Part shown: positions 49,827 to 58,066 of the stretch, one piece after another
Position numbering within the stretch: position 1 is the stretch's first letter
Layout: each line of letters begins with the position of its first letter
From: Nitrospinaceae bacterium
GTDB taxonomy: Bacteria; Nitrospinota; Nitrospinia; Nitrospinales; Nitrospinaceae
Assembly: GCA_965223665.1 (NCBI GenBank)
Contig: OZ245011.1
Location: 96,001 to 160,000, forward strand
Length of the DNA: 64,000 nt
Direction: 5' to 3'
Translations under genes and position numbers: made by a program
The notes under the pieces: generated by a model
Told to the model about the DNA's origin: nothing
The model's database searches: none
What the model saw: the letters and a program-made list of their open reading frames with translations, nothing else

Positions 49827-50756
49827 ATGAAGGAGAATGAAATTTTAACGCCCGAAAATATAGAGTTTAAATCTGGTTATGTTAGCCTGATTGGTAAACC
49901 CAATGTTGGAAAGTCTACTTTATTAAATCATTTGGTTTCAGAAAAAATTGCTGCAATATCCCGTCGTCCTCAAACCACTCGAAATAAAATTACAGGTGTG
50001 TGTCATTTATCGAGGGGGCAAATAATTATACTCGATACCCCAGGAATACATAAGGCCTCCACCAAACTTAATCAAGTAATGGTGCAAACTTCCTTAAATA
50101 CCTTTGGTGATGTAGATATTATTTTATTTATGATAGATGCTCGGCAGAAATTTGGTTCTGAAGATGAGTATGTTTTGGAATCTTTAAAAAAGACTTCATT
50201 ACCCAAATTTTTAGTAATAAATAAAATTGATTTGGTTAGTAAACCTGATCTTCTGAAACTTATTGATGATATGTCGGAAAAGGAAAAATTTTTAGAAATA
50301 ATTCCAATTTCTGCCTTGCAAAAAGATGGGTTGGATCTATTGAAGAACGTTCTTTTAAAATATTTGCCAGAAGGTCCTCCCTATTTTCCAAAAGATATGA
50401 TAACAAATTGTCCTGAACAATTCTTAGCGGAAGAAATTATCCGCGAAAAAATAATTCGACAAACTCATTTTGAGATTCCTTATGCTGTAGCGGTGGTGGT
50501 CGAGAGCATGGTGAATGGAAAAAATGATGTGATTATCATCGATGCAAATATTTTTGTAGAAAGAGCCAGCCAAAAGAAAATTATTATTGGTGAAAAGGGA
50601 AGCCTGCTTAAAAAGATTGGTAGTTCCGCACGCTTAGAAATTGAGAAACGTTTTGGTAATAAAGTGTATCTAAATTTGTTCGTAAAGGTAAAAGAGAAGT
50701 GGCGGGAAAATTTAAGAGATATTCGTGAATTTGGTTATAGTCATGGTCACAATTAA
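49827..50756 (+). CDS. era: GTPase Era
   Basis: GKPNVGKST, PQTTR, DTPG, NKID, KH domain with IIIGEKG. Confidence 0.97.
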   Translation: MKENEILTPENIEFKSGYVSLIGKPNVGKSTLLNHLVSEKIAAISRRPQTTRNKITGVCHLSRGQIIILDTPGIHKASTKLNQVMVQTSLNTFGDVDIILFMIDARQKFGSEDEYVLESLKKTSLPKFLVINKIDLVSKPDLLKLIDDMSEKEKFLEIIPISALQKDGLDLLKNVLLKYLPEGPPYFPKDMITNCPEQFLAEEIIREKIIRQTHFEIPYAVAVVVESMVNGKNDVIIIDANIFVERASQKKIIIGEKGSLLKKIGSSARLEIEKRFGNKVYLNLFVKVKEKWRENLRDIREFGYSHGHN

Positions 50757-51507
50757 AACAGATCAAGAAATTGAAGTTATGCGGCGTTCTTGTCAATTAG
50801 CTGCAGAGGTTTTGCTGATGATTGAATCGTATATTAAACCTGGCATAACCACAGACGAATTAAATGATATCTGCCATGATTATATTATTAAGAAAGGTGC
50901 CATCCCCGCACCCCTAAATTATCGTGGATTTCCCAAAAGTATTTGTACCTCAGTCAATGAAGAAATTTGCCATGGAATTCCCTCTTCTCGAAAACTGCGC
51001 AATGGAGATATGGTCAATATTGATGTTACCACCATTGTGGATGAATTTCATGGAGACACTAACCGAACGTTTTTTGTAGGAAAACCTCGAAAAGCAGCCC
51101 TTCATTTAGCTCAAGCAACTAAAGAAGCCTTGCAAAAAGCGATTGAAATTGTAAAGCCAGGTGCCCATTTAGGAGATATTGGGGCAACCATTCAACAATA
51201 TGTTGAAGCAAAAGGATACTCCGTTGTTAGAGAATTTTGTGGGCATGGTATTGGTCGTAAATTCCATGAAGAACCTCAAATATTGCATTTTGGAAACTTT
51301 GGCCAGGGAATGGAAATTAAAAAAGGCATGACTTTTACGATTGAGCCTATGGTTAACCTGGGAAAACCTGATTTGAAAATCTTGGACGATAACTGGACCG
51401 CTGTGACTTTGGACGGTTCTCTTTCCGCGCAATTCGAACATACTCTCCTTGTAACTTCCGACGGTGCCGAAGTGATGACCCGTATTCCCGGAGAAACCAG
51501 TTTTTAG
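50743..51507 (+). CDS. map: Methionine aminopeptidase type I
   Basis: SICTSVNEEICHGIP, HGD, GHGIG..FHE, TIEPM, AQFEHT; ATG 50743. Confidence 0.97.
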   Translation: MVTIKTDQEIEVMRRSCQLAAEVLLMIESYIKPGITTDELNDICHDYIIKKGAIPAPLNYRGFPKSICTSVNEEICHGIPSSRKLRNGDMVNIDVTTIVDEFHGDTNRTFFVGKPRKAALHLAQATKEALQKAIEIVKPGAHLGDIGATIQQYVEAKGYSVVREFCGHGIGRKFHEEPQILHFGNFGQGMEIKKGMTFTIEPMVNLGKPDLKILDDNWTAVTLDGSLSAQFEHTLLVTSDGAEVMTRIPGETSF

Positions 51508-51598
51508 TTTGCGATATTCCTTTTTTATAATATAACCTTTATATAATTAAAAATTCATGAGGTAATCCCACCACTTACCAAAGAATTTAGGAGGTTTT

Positions 51599-52069
51599 AT
51601 GCAGGGCGATGAAAAGATCATTGAAGGATTAAATGAAGTGTTGACGGCAGAATTGACAGCTATCAACATATATTATATCCATTATAAAATGCAGAAGAAT
51701 TGGGGCTTTGACAAGTTAGCTGAGCATGCACGGGAAGAATCAATGGGGGAAATGAAACATGCGGATGCAATCATTGAACGAATTTTGTATTTGGATGGAA
51801 CTCCAAACATGGCTCGCTATGACACCGTTTTGGTTGGCGACTCCTGTGAAGAGCATCTACGCAATCAATATGAAATTGAAAAAAAACATGTTGATCGTCT
51901 CAAAAAAATTATCAGTCAGTGTATTGAATGTCAGGATTTTGGTACGAAGGAGATCCTCGATAGCATTTTAGAAGATACAGAAGAAAGTTGTGATTGGATT
52001 GAAACCCAATTTCAACGAATTCAAGATGTTGGTATTCAAAACTACCTTGCCGAGCATATGCATTCATGA
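51599..52069 (+). CDS. bfr: Bacterioferritin (atypical ferroxidase centre)
   Basis: MQGD..II..LN, ELTAIN.Y, ESMGEMKHAD, ERILYLDGTPN, G.QNYL; AGGAGG RBS. Confidence 0.93.
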   Translation: MQGDEKIIEGLNEVLTAELTAINIYYIHYKMQKNWGFDKLAEHAREESMGEMKHADAIIERILYLDGTPNMARYDTVLVGDSCEEHLRNQYEIEKKHVDRLKKIISQCIECQDFGTKEILDSILEDTEESCDWIETQFQRIQDVGIQNYLAEHMHS

Positions 52070-52080
52070 TTTCATGGATA

Positions 52081-52108
52081 GTGCCCTGGTCTGTTTTTGC
52101 CAGGGCAC
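52081..52108 (+). terminator. Stem-loop after bfr (terminator or mRNA-stabilising hairpin)
   Basis: GTGCCCTGG / CCAGGGCAC 9-bp perfect stem; no clear U-tract. Confidence 0.5.
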
Positions 52109-52546
52109 ACCCTAATATGAAATTAATAGGGAATAAAATGGTTTTCTCAATTGACTCCTCCAACTGTGCTTGATTTTTTTTTGATTCGTCAAATTTGGAT
52201 TATTCTCTCCTGTTTTTAATTTTTGAAACCACTAGTTAAATTTAAAAAAATTTTATTTAATTATTTAAGGAAACTTATCATTCCGTGCCTGTTAAGGATC
52301 AAAGTGAAACAAAGCATACTTTTTGTGAAATTGGATAGGTAGAGAAAAACAGAATAATAAATTGAATCAGAGTGAATAATTCTCTTAAAACTCCTCATTA
52401 CAAAACCAGCTCTCCTTATTTAGTTTGTTACATACAAAAAAATTGAACAAATAATTGTTATTTTTTGCGCAGGATTGTAAGGAATTAATTTATAAGTCCT
52501 TATAAATTAAATATTTAGAGTTTTTATAGAATTTTTCTTTTTAATA

Positions 52547-52603
52547 TTGACAATGATTCTCAATTTCTATATAAATATTAAACATTAATGATAATGATTT
52601 TCA
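52547..52603 (+). promoter_or_regulatory. Sigma70 promoter overlapped by two Fur boxes
   Basis: TTGACA (52547-52552)-17 nt-TATAAA (52570-52575); 7-1-7 boxes TGACAAT-G-ATTCTCA (52548-52562) and TGATAAT-G-ATTTTCA (52589-52603) versus consensus TGATAAT-N-ATTATCA. Confidence 0.85.
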
Positions 52604-52626
52604 AAATCTTTTTAGGCGGCGATATT

Positions 52627-52887
52627 ATGGCTAATTCAACAGAATTCACTATAAAAGTTTGTCAAGGGCCGGGGTGTAAGGCATGGGGTGCAGAAGGGCT
52701 TTTAAAGGAGCTTGTCAACCGGACAGGTATTAAATCCTCAAAGAATGGAAAAAAAGTTTGTGGTGCTCCCTGTATGAATCGCTGTGGCGGTGGAACCTCT
52801 GTACTGGTTGGTGATGATCAATCATTTATGAAAATTCGTGAATCTTCTCTTTCGTCTATGCTCTGTACCTTGCCGGCTTCAGCCTGA
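52627..52887 (+). CDS. Thioredoxin-like [2Fe-2S] ferredoxin
   Basis: IKVCQGPGCKAWGA ... PCMNRCGGG (C-X4-C...C-X3-C); ATG 52627 after AGGCGG. Confidence 0.75.
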   Translation: MANSTEFTIKVCQGPGCKAWGAEGLLKELVNRTGIKSSKNGKKVCGAPCMNRCGGGTSVLVGDDQSFMKIRESSLSSMLCTLPASA

Positions 52888-52975
52888 GGCAATTTTATTC
52901 GGTGGGAATTACCTCCTCCAACTGAAGTCGGCAGGTACATGTTTTATGACTTTATTTTCCCCATGGGGAGGTTTT

Positions 52976-53292
52976 ATGAGCATAGTGATTGTTGGTGGGT
53001 TGGATTGCTGGAAGCGCATATATGAAATACAGGGGAAAAGATTAGGTATTTAGTTTAAGGTTTTGGAGGGAAAGTTCCTGCTTTAGTGAAAAGAATTTCC
53101 AGGGTGGAGGGTATTGCTGTATTTACAAGTATGGTTTCTCACCCTTTTTTGGATGAGGTCAATCAATCTGCCCGTTGAAATAAAATTATGATCATCAGAA
53201 TAAATACAAGCAGTGCTTCTGGGCTTAAGCGCTGTTTAGTGGAATTTTTTAAATACCGACAAAGCCAAAATCGTTTTTTGTTTTTGGCTTAA
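52976..53292 (+). pseudogene. Disrupted DUF2325-like gene
   Basis: GGAGG RBS, MSIVIVGGLD...KRLGI*; TAG at 53051, frameshift near 53070, then KVPALVKRISRVEGIAVFTSMVSH...AR*(53176)NKIMIIRINTSSASGLKRCL. Confidence 0.75.
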
Positions 53293-53335
53293 TTTTTTGT
53301 TGGATCGAACCATTAGTTGAGGAGGTAATTAAGTA

Positions 53336-54658
53336 ATGAAACAGTTAAGTAGGATGGCTGGAGTTTTGGCTTTTGCTTTCTGGGTTATGATGACCCTGGG
53401 AGGTTTGCCTAATGCTCTTGCCGCAACAGGGGATGATGCGGGAGATGATGACATTATCATTATCGAAGAGGAAGGCGCGGATGATATTGGAGAGTTGTCC
53501 AACCAATTCGATCTATTAGCCGATGAAATCACAGAAATTCGTGATACGTTTGGAAGTTTTAGAAAGAATGTGAACGTCACTGGTTATGGGGAAGTGCATA
53601 TTAACGCTCCAACAGATGGCGGAAACACGGTATTTGATGCGCATCGGTTCGTAATCGGTATTAATGCTCGATTTACCGATTGGATTTTTCTTAATGTCGA
53701 AGTGGATTATGAGCATGGTGCGCAGCAACTTGAATTTGAAATGGGATATTTGGATTTTTTAATTAATCCTCTTTTTAACCTGCGGGTGGGTGTCGTTTTG
53801 ATTCCTGTTGGCTTTCTCAACGAATACCATGAACCGGTTTTCTTCTGGACTGTAGAACGCCCTCTATTACAAAGCCAAATTATTCCCACGTCTTGGCAAG
53901 GAACAGGTGGAGGTGCTTTTGGAACAGTAAATGCTTTAGGTGGAATCAACTACCGTCTATATGTCGTAAATTCACTTCAATCAGTTAGGCCTAACGGGTT
54001 TGGTTCAGGTTCCGGTGTTGGTAATGGGGGCAATTCTGGGCGTTTCCGTTCCTCAAGTGGAATTCGAAGTGGTAGGTTGCAGCCTAATAATGCAATTGGT
54101 GAAGATATTGCGGTTACTGGTCGTTTGGAATTTACCGGTCTGTTTCCTGGTTTACAAGTTGGATTGTCATTTTGGACTGGCGATACCACTCATGAAATCA
54201 TTCAAGCTAATGGACGCACCACGCTTCTAGAGGCGGATGTGAAGTTTCGAATCCAATGGTTTGAAATGAATGCAACTATTGCCAATATTCATGTGAACGA
54301 TGCCGAAGTTATAAATGCTTTTATGACTACTCAAGTCGCAGCGGGAGGAAACCAAAATGTCGCCTCGAATATGTTGGGATATAATATTCAAGTGGGTGTC
54401 CATGTTCCTCAATTGTTAAATATGGGGACAACCCAGGATTTTGTTGTTCACTTTATGTATGAGTTTGTCGATACACAGGATTCGGCTGCACCGGGTTTTG
54501 CCAATCTGGCTCAATTTGAACGTGATGTGTATACTGCCGGTTTTGCTTGGTTTGCCACTCCCAATGTGGCTTTGAAAGCTGACTTTACGCATGTAACAAC
54601 TGGCGTCGGTACTTCTACAAGTACCGCTAACTTTGGTATGGCCTATATGTTCTTTTAA
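53336..54658 (+). CDS. Outer-membrane beta-barrel porin (OprO/P-like fold), putatively iron-related
   Basis: GAGGAGG RBS, signal peptide, acidic coiled-coil N-terminus, GYGEVH, FDAHRFV, EVDYEHG, LNEYHEP, IIPTSW, alternating beta-strands, C-terminal Phe. Confidence 0.8.
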   Translation: MKQLSRMAGVLAFAFWVMMTLGGLPNALAATGDDAGDDDIIIIEEEGADDIGELSNQFDLLADEITEIRDTFGSFRKNVNVTGYGEVHINAPTDGGNTVFDAHRFVIGINARFTDWIFLNVEVDYEHGAQQLEFEMGYLDFLINPLFNLRVGVVLIPVGFLNEYHEPVFFWTVERPLLQSQIIPTSWQGTGGGAFGTVNALGGINYRLYVVNSLQSVRPNGFGSGSGVGNGGNSGRFRSSSGIRSGRLQPNNAIGEDIAVTGRLEFTGLFPGLQVGLSFWTGDTTHEIIQANGRTTLLEADVKFRIQWFEMNATIANIHVNDAEVINAFMTTQVAAGGNQNVASNMLGYNIQVGVHVPQLLNMGTTQDFVVHFMYEFVDTQDSAAPGFANLAQFERDVYTAGFAWFATPNVALKADFTHVTTGVGTSTSTANFGMAYMFF

Positions 54659-54728
54659 TGTTAGGCTTGGTTTTAAAACAAATCATACATTAATAATTTT
54701 AATAAAATTTTGATATATAGAGGAAATT

Positions 54729-55304
54729 ATGTGGACAAAAAATAATAAACCTTCTTTCCAAAATGTTTGGACATTTGGCTTGTTGTTGACATTCTTTTTG
54801 GCAAGTTGGTTCGCTAACCCGGTTTGGGCAGCGGACGCCAGTTCCAAAGAAAAAGCCATCAGAGCGGCATTTTCTGGGGCCGATAAAATCGTTAAAAAGA
54901 AAGTCTGGATTAATGATATTCAGAAACGGAAAATAAGTAATATCTGTAAGCAAGTTATAGAGGACAAAAGAGTAAACTATTTTGTTGGCTATAAAGGGGG
55001 TAAACCTCTAGGATTTGCAACTATTGAAACTGTTAAAAACAGATCTTTCCCAATAACCTATATGACAGTTCTTAATGAAGATGGTTCCGTTCAGGATGTT
55101 AAAGTCCTGGACTATCAAGGACCTCGTGGTAACTTTAGTGTTCTTAATGATTCCTGGTTGGACCAATACGATGGTAAAAATGCGGATTCTGATTTTAGTA
55201 ATCCAACCAAAGTCGTGGGTGCCAGAATTGCTATTCGGACTATCAATAACGGAGTTTATAAAGCCGTCGCGGCTTATAAGGTATTGATGTTAGATAAGAA
55301 ATGA
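54729..55304 (+). CDS. FMN-bind domain periplasmic protein (flavinylation motif degenerate)
   Basis: Signal peptide, PITYMTV...G.V.DV.VL.Y, WLDQYDGK, VVGARIAIRTI; paralog of the next gene. Confidence 0.78.
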   Translation: MWTKNNKPSFQNVWTFGLLLTFFLASWFANPVWAADASSKEKAIRAAFSGADKIVKKKVWINDIQKRKISNICKQVIEDKRVNYFVGYKGGKPLGFATIETVKNRSFPITYMTVLNEDGSVQDVKVLDYQGPRGNFSVLNDSWLDQYDGKNADSDFSNPTKVVGARIAIRTINNGVYKAVAAYKVLMLDKK

Positions 55305-55328
55305 TTTAAGGAAAGTTTAGTTTAAAAA

Positions 55329-55967
55329 TTGTTAAAGTTTTTGAAATTTAATGAAGGAAATACTTCTGCCCAATCCTGGAATGTTTTCAGGATTGGGTTG
55401 TTGTGTTTGGGATTTGTTATTCTTTTTCTTCCCTTGGATTACAGTCTTGCTCAGGATAAAGACAAGAAAGAAGAAGAGGAGGAATACGTTGAGCGGGTTT
55501 TCTTTACCAAAAAGCAGGCATTGAAGCATGCTTTTCCTGGAGTAAAAAAATTTAAAAAGAAAAAAGTATGGTTAACTCCTTCTCAACGAGAGGCAATCAG
55601 CAAAATTACTGGTGAAAAATATAATGAAAGACGCATCACTTTTTTTGAAGGCATTAAAGGTGATCAAACCCAAGGTTTTGTGACCATTGGAAACGAAATT
55701 GGACGATCTTATCCAATCACGTTTATGGTGGTTATTACACCTGAAGGAACCGTTAAGGATGTGGAGATCATGGTTTATCGGGAACCTCATGGCTGGGAGG
55801 TGCAATTTGAATACTTCATGAAACAGTTCTTTGGACGTGATGCAAGCAACCCTTTTGATAATATAAATAATATTACAGGTGCTACTCTTTCAGTACGTTC
55901 TATGACTAGGGGAGTAAAAAAGGCAGTGGCAGCTTATAAAGTATTGTTCTTAGATAAAGTAGAATAG
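55329..55967 (+). CDS. FMN-bind domain periplasmic protein with flavinylation motif
   Basis: PITFMVV...G.VKDVEIMVYREPHG.EV, FMKQFFG, NITGATLS. Confidence 0.85.
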   Translation: MLKFLKFNEGNTSAQSWNVFRIGLLCLGFVILFLPLDYSLAQDKDKKEEEEEYVERVFFTKKQALKHAFPGVKKFKKKKVWLTPSQREAISKITGEKYNERRITFFEGIKGDQTQGFVTIGNEIGRSYPITFMVVITPEGTVKDVEIMVYREPHGWEVQFEYFMKQFFGRDASNPFDNINNITGATLSVRSMTRGVKKAVAAYKVLFLDKVE

Positions 55968-55986
55968 TTCTAATTAAATCAGGTAT

Positions 55987-56976
55987 TTAATTTTCCAAAA
56001 TAGAAATAATTTTATGGGTAATTCTTTCCAATCCCTTCCCATCAATCAACCTTTTCCCCGTCTCACTCATTTGTTTTCTTTGGTTTGAGGAAAGACTTAA
56101 TTTTTTGATTAAATCGTTTTCATTCCAGTTGTTAGCTGAGCCTAAAAAATAAGTAGCACCTTTTTGTTCAATAGACTGTGCTATTTTGCTTTGTTGTTCT
56201 ACTTGCGATATGACAAGTGTAGGGCTACCCACACAAAGTGCCTCATGCAAAGTTACTCCCCCCGAGCAAATGACCAAATCATGATTAAAAAGAATTTCAG
56301 CGAGAGACGCTATAGGACCTTCCACTTTTACTTTAGAAAAATTTTGGTTCAGAGATTTTAGGGATTCTTGGTTTTTAAAACCCGGTCCTTTTAAAATTGT
56401 TAGATCTAAATTTGGATAATGAGTAAGGATACTTCTTGCAATGGGTTCGGATAAATTAAAGGGATCAGTTCCTCCCATAGTTATCAATACAGAGTTGATG
56501 TTTTTCGAAATAATTTTTTCTTTTTGATGAAAATTTTTAAATGCCGGATCAATTAGCGTGTAGGATAAGCCAAACAAGCCTAAATAATTTTCAACGTCAC
56601 TAAGGGGCTTAACTGGAGTTATATTGCAGTCAACTAAAATGTCGACATAGGATCTACCATCCCCCAAATCCTCAAAACTTACAATCTTTGCTTTGGATTT
56701 TAAATTTTGTATAAAATCTGATTTAGTATCATTAATATCTAAAATGATGAGATTGGAGTTTATTAAGTCCTTCTGTGAGGAAGTGTATAATTCTTCAACA
56801 ATTTGAAACTTTAATTGGTTTGTCTTTAATAGATTCTTGGCAGGCATGTAGTCTTTGATGAATAAAGTAACGTTTATTCCTGCTGACTTTAAGGAATTAG
56901 CTAAATGTATTTGACGGTGAAGATGTCCCAATCCTTCCTGGTGAGACCCTTTGCATAAAATGGAAATTTGAGTCAT
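55987..56976 (-). CDS. PseG/SpsG-like UDP-sugar hydrolase (GT28-like fold)
   Basis: GLGHLHR, LITMGGTDP, ICSGGVTLHEA, IDGKGLERI. Confidence 0.82.
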   Translation of the reverse strand: MTQISILCKGSHQEGLGHLHRQIHLANSLKSAGINVTLFIKDYMPAKNLLKTNQLKFQIVEELYTSSQKDLINSNLIILDINDTKSDFIQNLKSKAKIVSFEDLGDGRSYVDILVDCNITPVKPLSDVENYLGLFGLSYTLIDPAFKNFHQKEKIISKNINSVLITMGGTDPFNLSEPIARSILTHYPNLDLTILKGPGFKNQESLKSLNQNFSKVKVEGPIASLAEILFNHDLVICSGGVTLHEALCVGSPTLVISQVEQQSKIAQSIEQKGATYFLGSANNWNENDLIKKLSLSSNQRKQMSETGKRLIDGKGLERITHKIISILEN

Positions 56977-57018
56977 TGGAAAAATATAAGGATAACGCTA
57001 TCCAAATGGTTAAATGAC

Positions 57019-58029
57019 TTAGGAGGCTTTTGCTAAAGAGGTTGAAGTCTCAGAAGTATTCCAATTAGTTTCTTTAATTGATTCCGGGGTGCTGATGGTA
57101 CCTTTATTGACCCAGGAAAGAATCTCTTTATCTGAATATTTAACAGCCAATTTTTCTTTATTACGCCCTGCCAATGCTTTTGGTAGCCGGAGAAAAGCTT
57201 TAAATAAAGCTATCCAAAACCTAAATTTTAACCGGAATAAATCTTTCAATAGAAATATTGGAATATAAATTAGGAATTGCCTGGTAAGATCAGAGTCCAA
57301 TATATTTTTAAATATAAATAAATAATTATTGCGTGCTGAAATGATACTTAATTGTCGAACTTTCTCCTGTTTGGTAATGGTCCCTCTAACCTTATGGTAT
57401 GCAATAGACTGAGGTTCGTATTTTATATCCCAACCACGTTTCATGGCTCGATAAGAAAGGTCGATTTCTTCATAATATAGAGGGTGATATAGATTATCAA
57501 AACCTCCGAGTTCTAAGTATCTTTTTCGATCAACCATCATAGCCCCACCGCAAGCGAATAGGGTTTGACTTGAAGCAAAAGGCGGTTTGTCATATAAATA
57601 GAAATGGCCGTTATTAAAATAACCACCTCGATTTCCATAAAGGAAAGTTGTTTCATCAAAATCAAAAATCTGACCACTTACTGCAAAGACATTTCCTCTA
57701 TCAAAATGGCAAGACAATTGGACCAGTGAATCAGGATGCAATTTTATATCGTTATTCAGTAACATGATAATTCGAGAATCTGTCAAATTAGCGGCATAAT
57801 TATTTGCACCCTGGAAACCTAAGTTTCGCGGAGTTTTTTCGCGACGGATACTGGGGAATTCATTCTTCAAAATCTCTAAGCTATTGTCTGAACTACAATC
57901 ATCAATAACCATGATTTCATAGGAATGTTGGCTATCATTATTAACGGCTTTAATTATTGTCGGTAAGCACTCTCTTAACAAATCTTGGCCATTCCAATTT
58001 GTGATTATAAGAGTGATATCTGGTTTCAT
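57019..58029 (-). CDS. GT2 glycosyltransferase
   Basis: IITNWNG, IDDCSSD, NLGF, LLNND, GGFD, YYEEIDLSYRA; start at MKPDIT 58029 after AGGAG. Confidence 0.9.
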   Translation of the reverse strand: MKPDITLIITNWNGQDLLRECLPTIIKAVNNDSQHSYEIMVIDDCSSDNSLEILKNEFPSIRREKTPRNLGFQGANNYAANLTDSRIIMLLNNDIKLHPDSLVQLSCHFDRGNVFAVSGQIFDFDETTFLYGNRGGYFNNGHFYLYDKPPFASSQTLFACGGAMMVDRKRYLELGGFDNLYHPLYYEEIDLSYRAMKRGWDIKYEPQSIAYHKVRGTITKQEKVRQLSIISARNNYLFIFKNILDSDLTRQFLIYIPIFLLKDLFRLKFRFWIALFKAFLRLPKALAGRNKEKLAVKYSDKEILSWVNKGTISTPESIKETNWNTSETSTSLAKAS

Positions 58030-58066
58030 TGAGGGAGGTCTCCTATAAATGGTTCCAGTAGAAAAT

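Noticed and set aside
53051-53178. Stop-codon recoding (Pyl/Sec) in the DUF2325-like gene
   Set aside because: Both TAG and TGA occur together with a frameshift, and other genes use these as normal stops; decay is the simpler explanation
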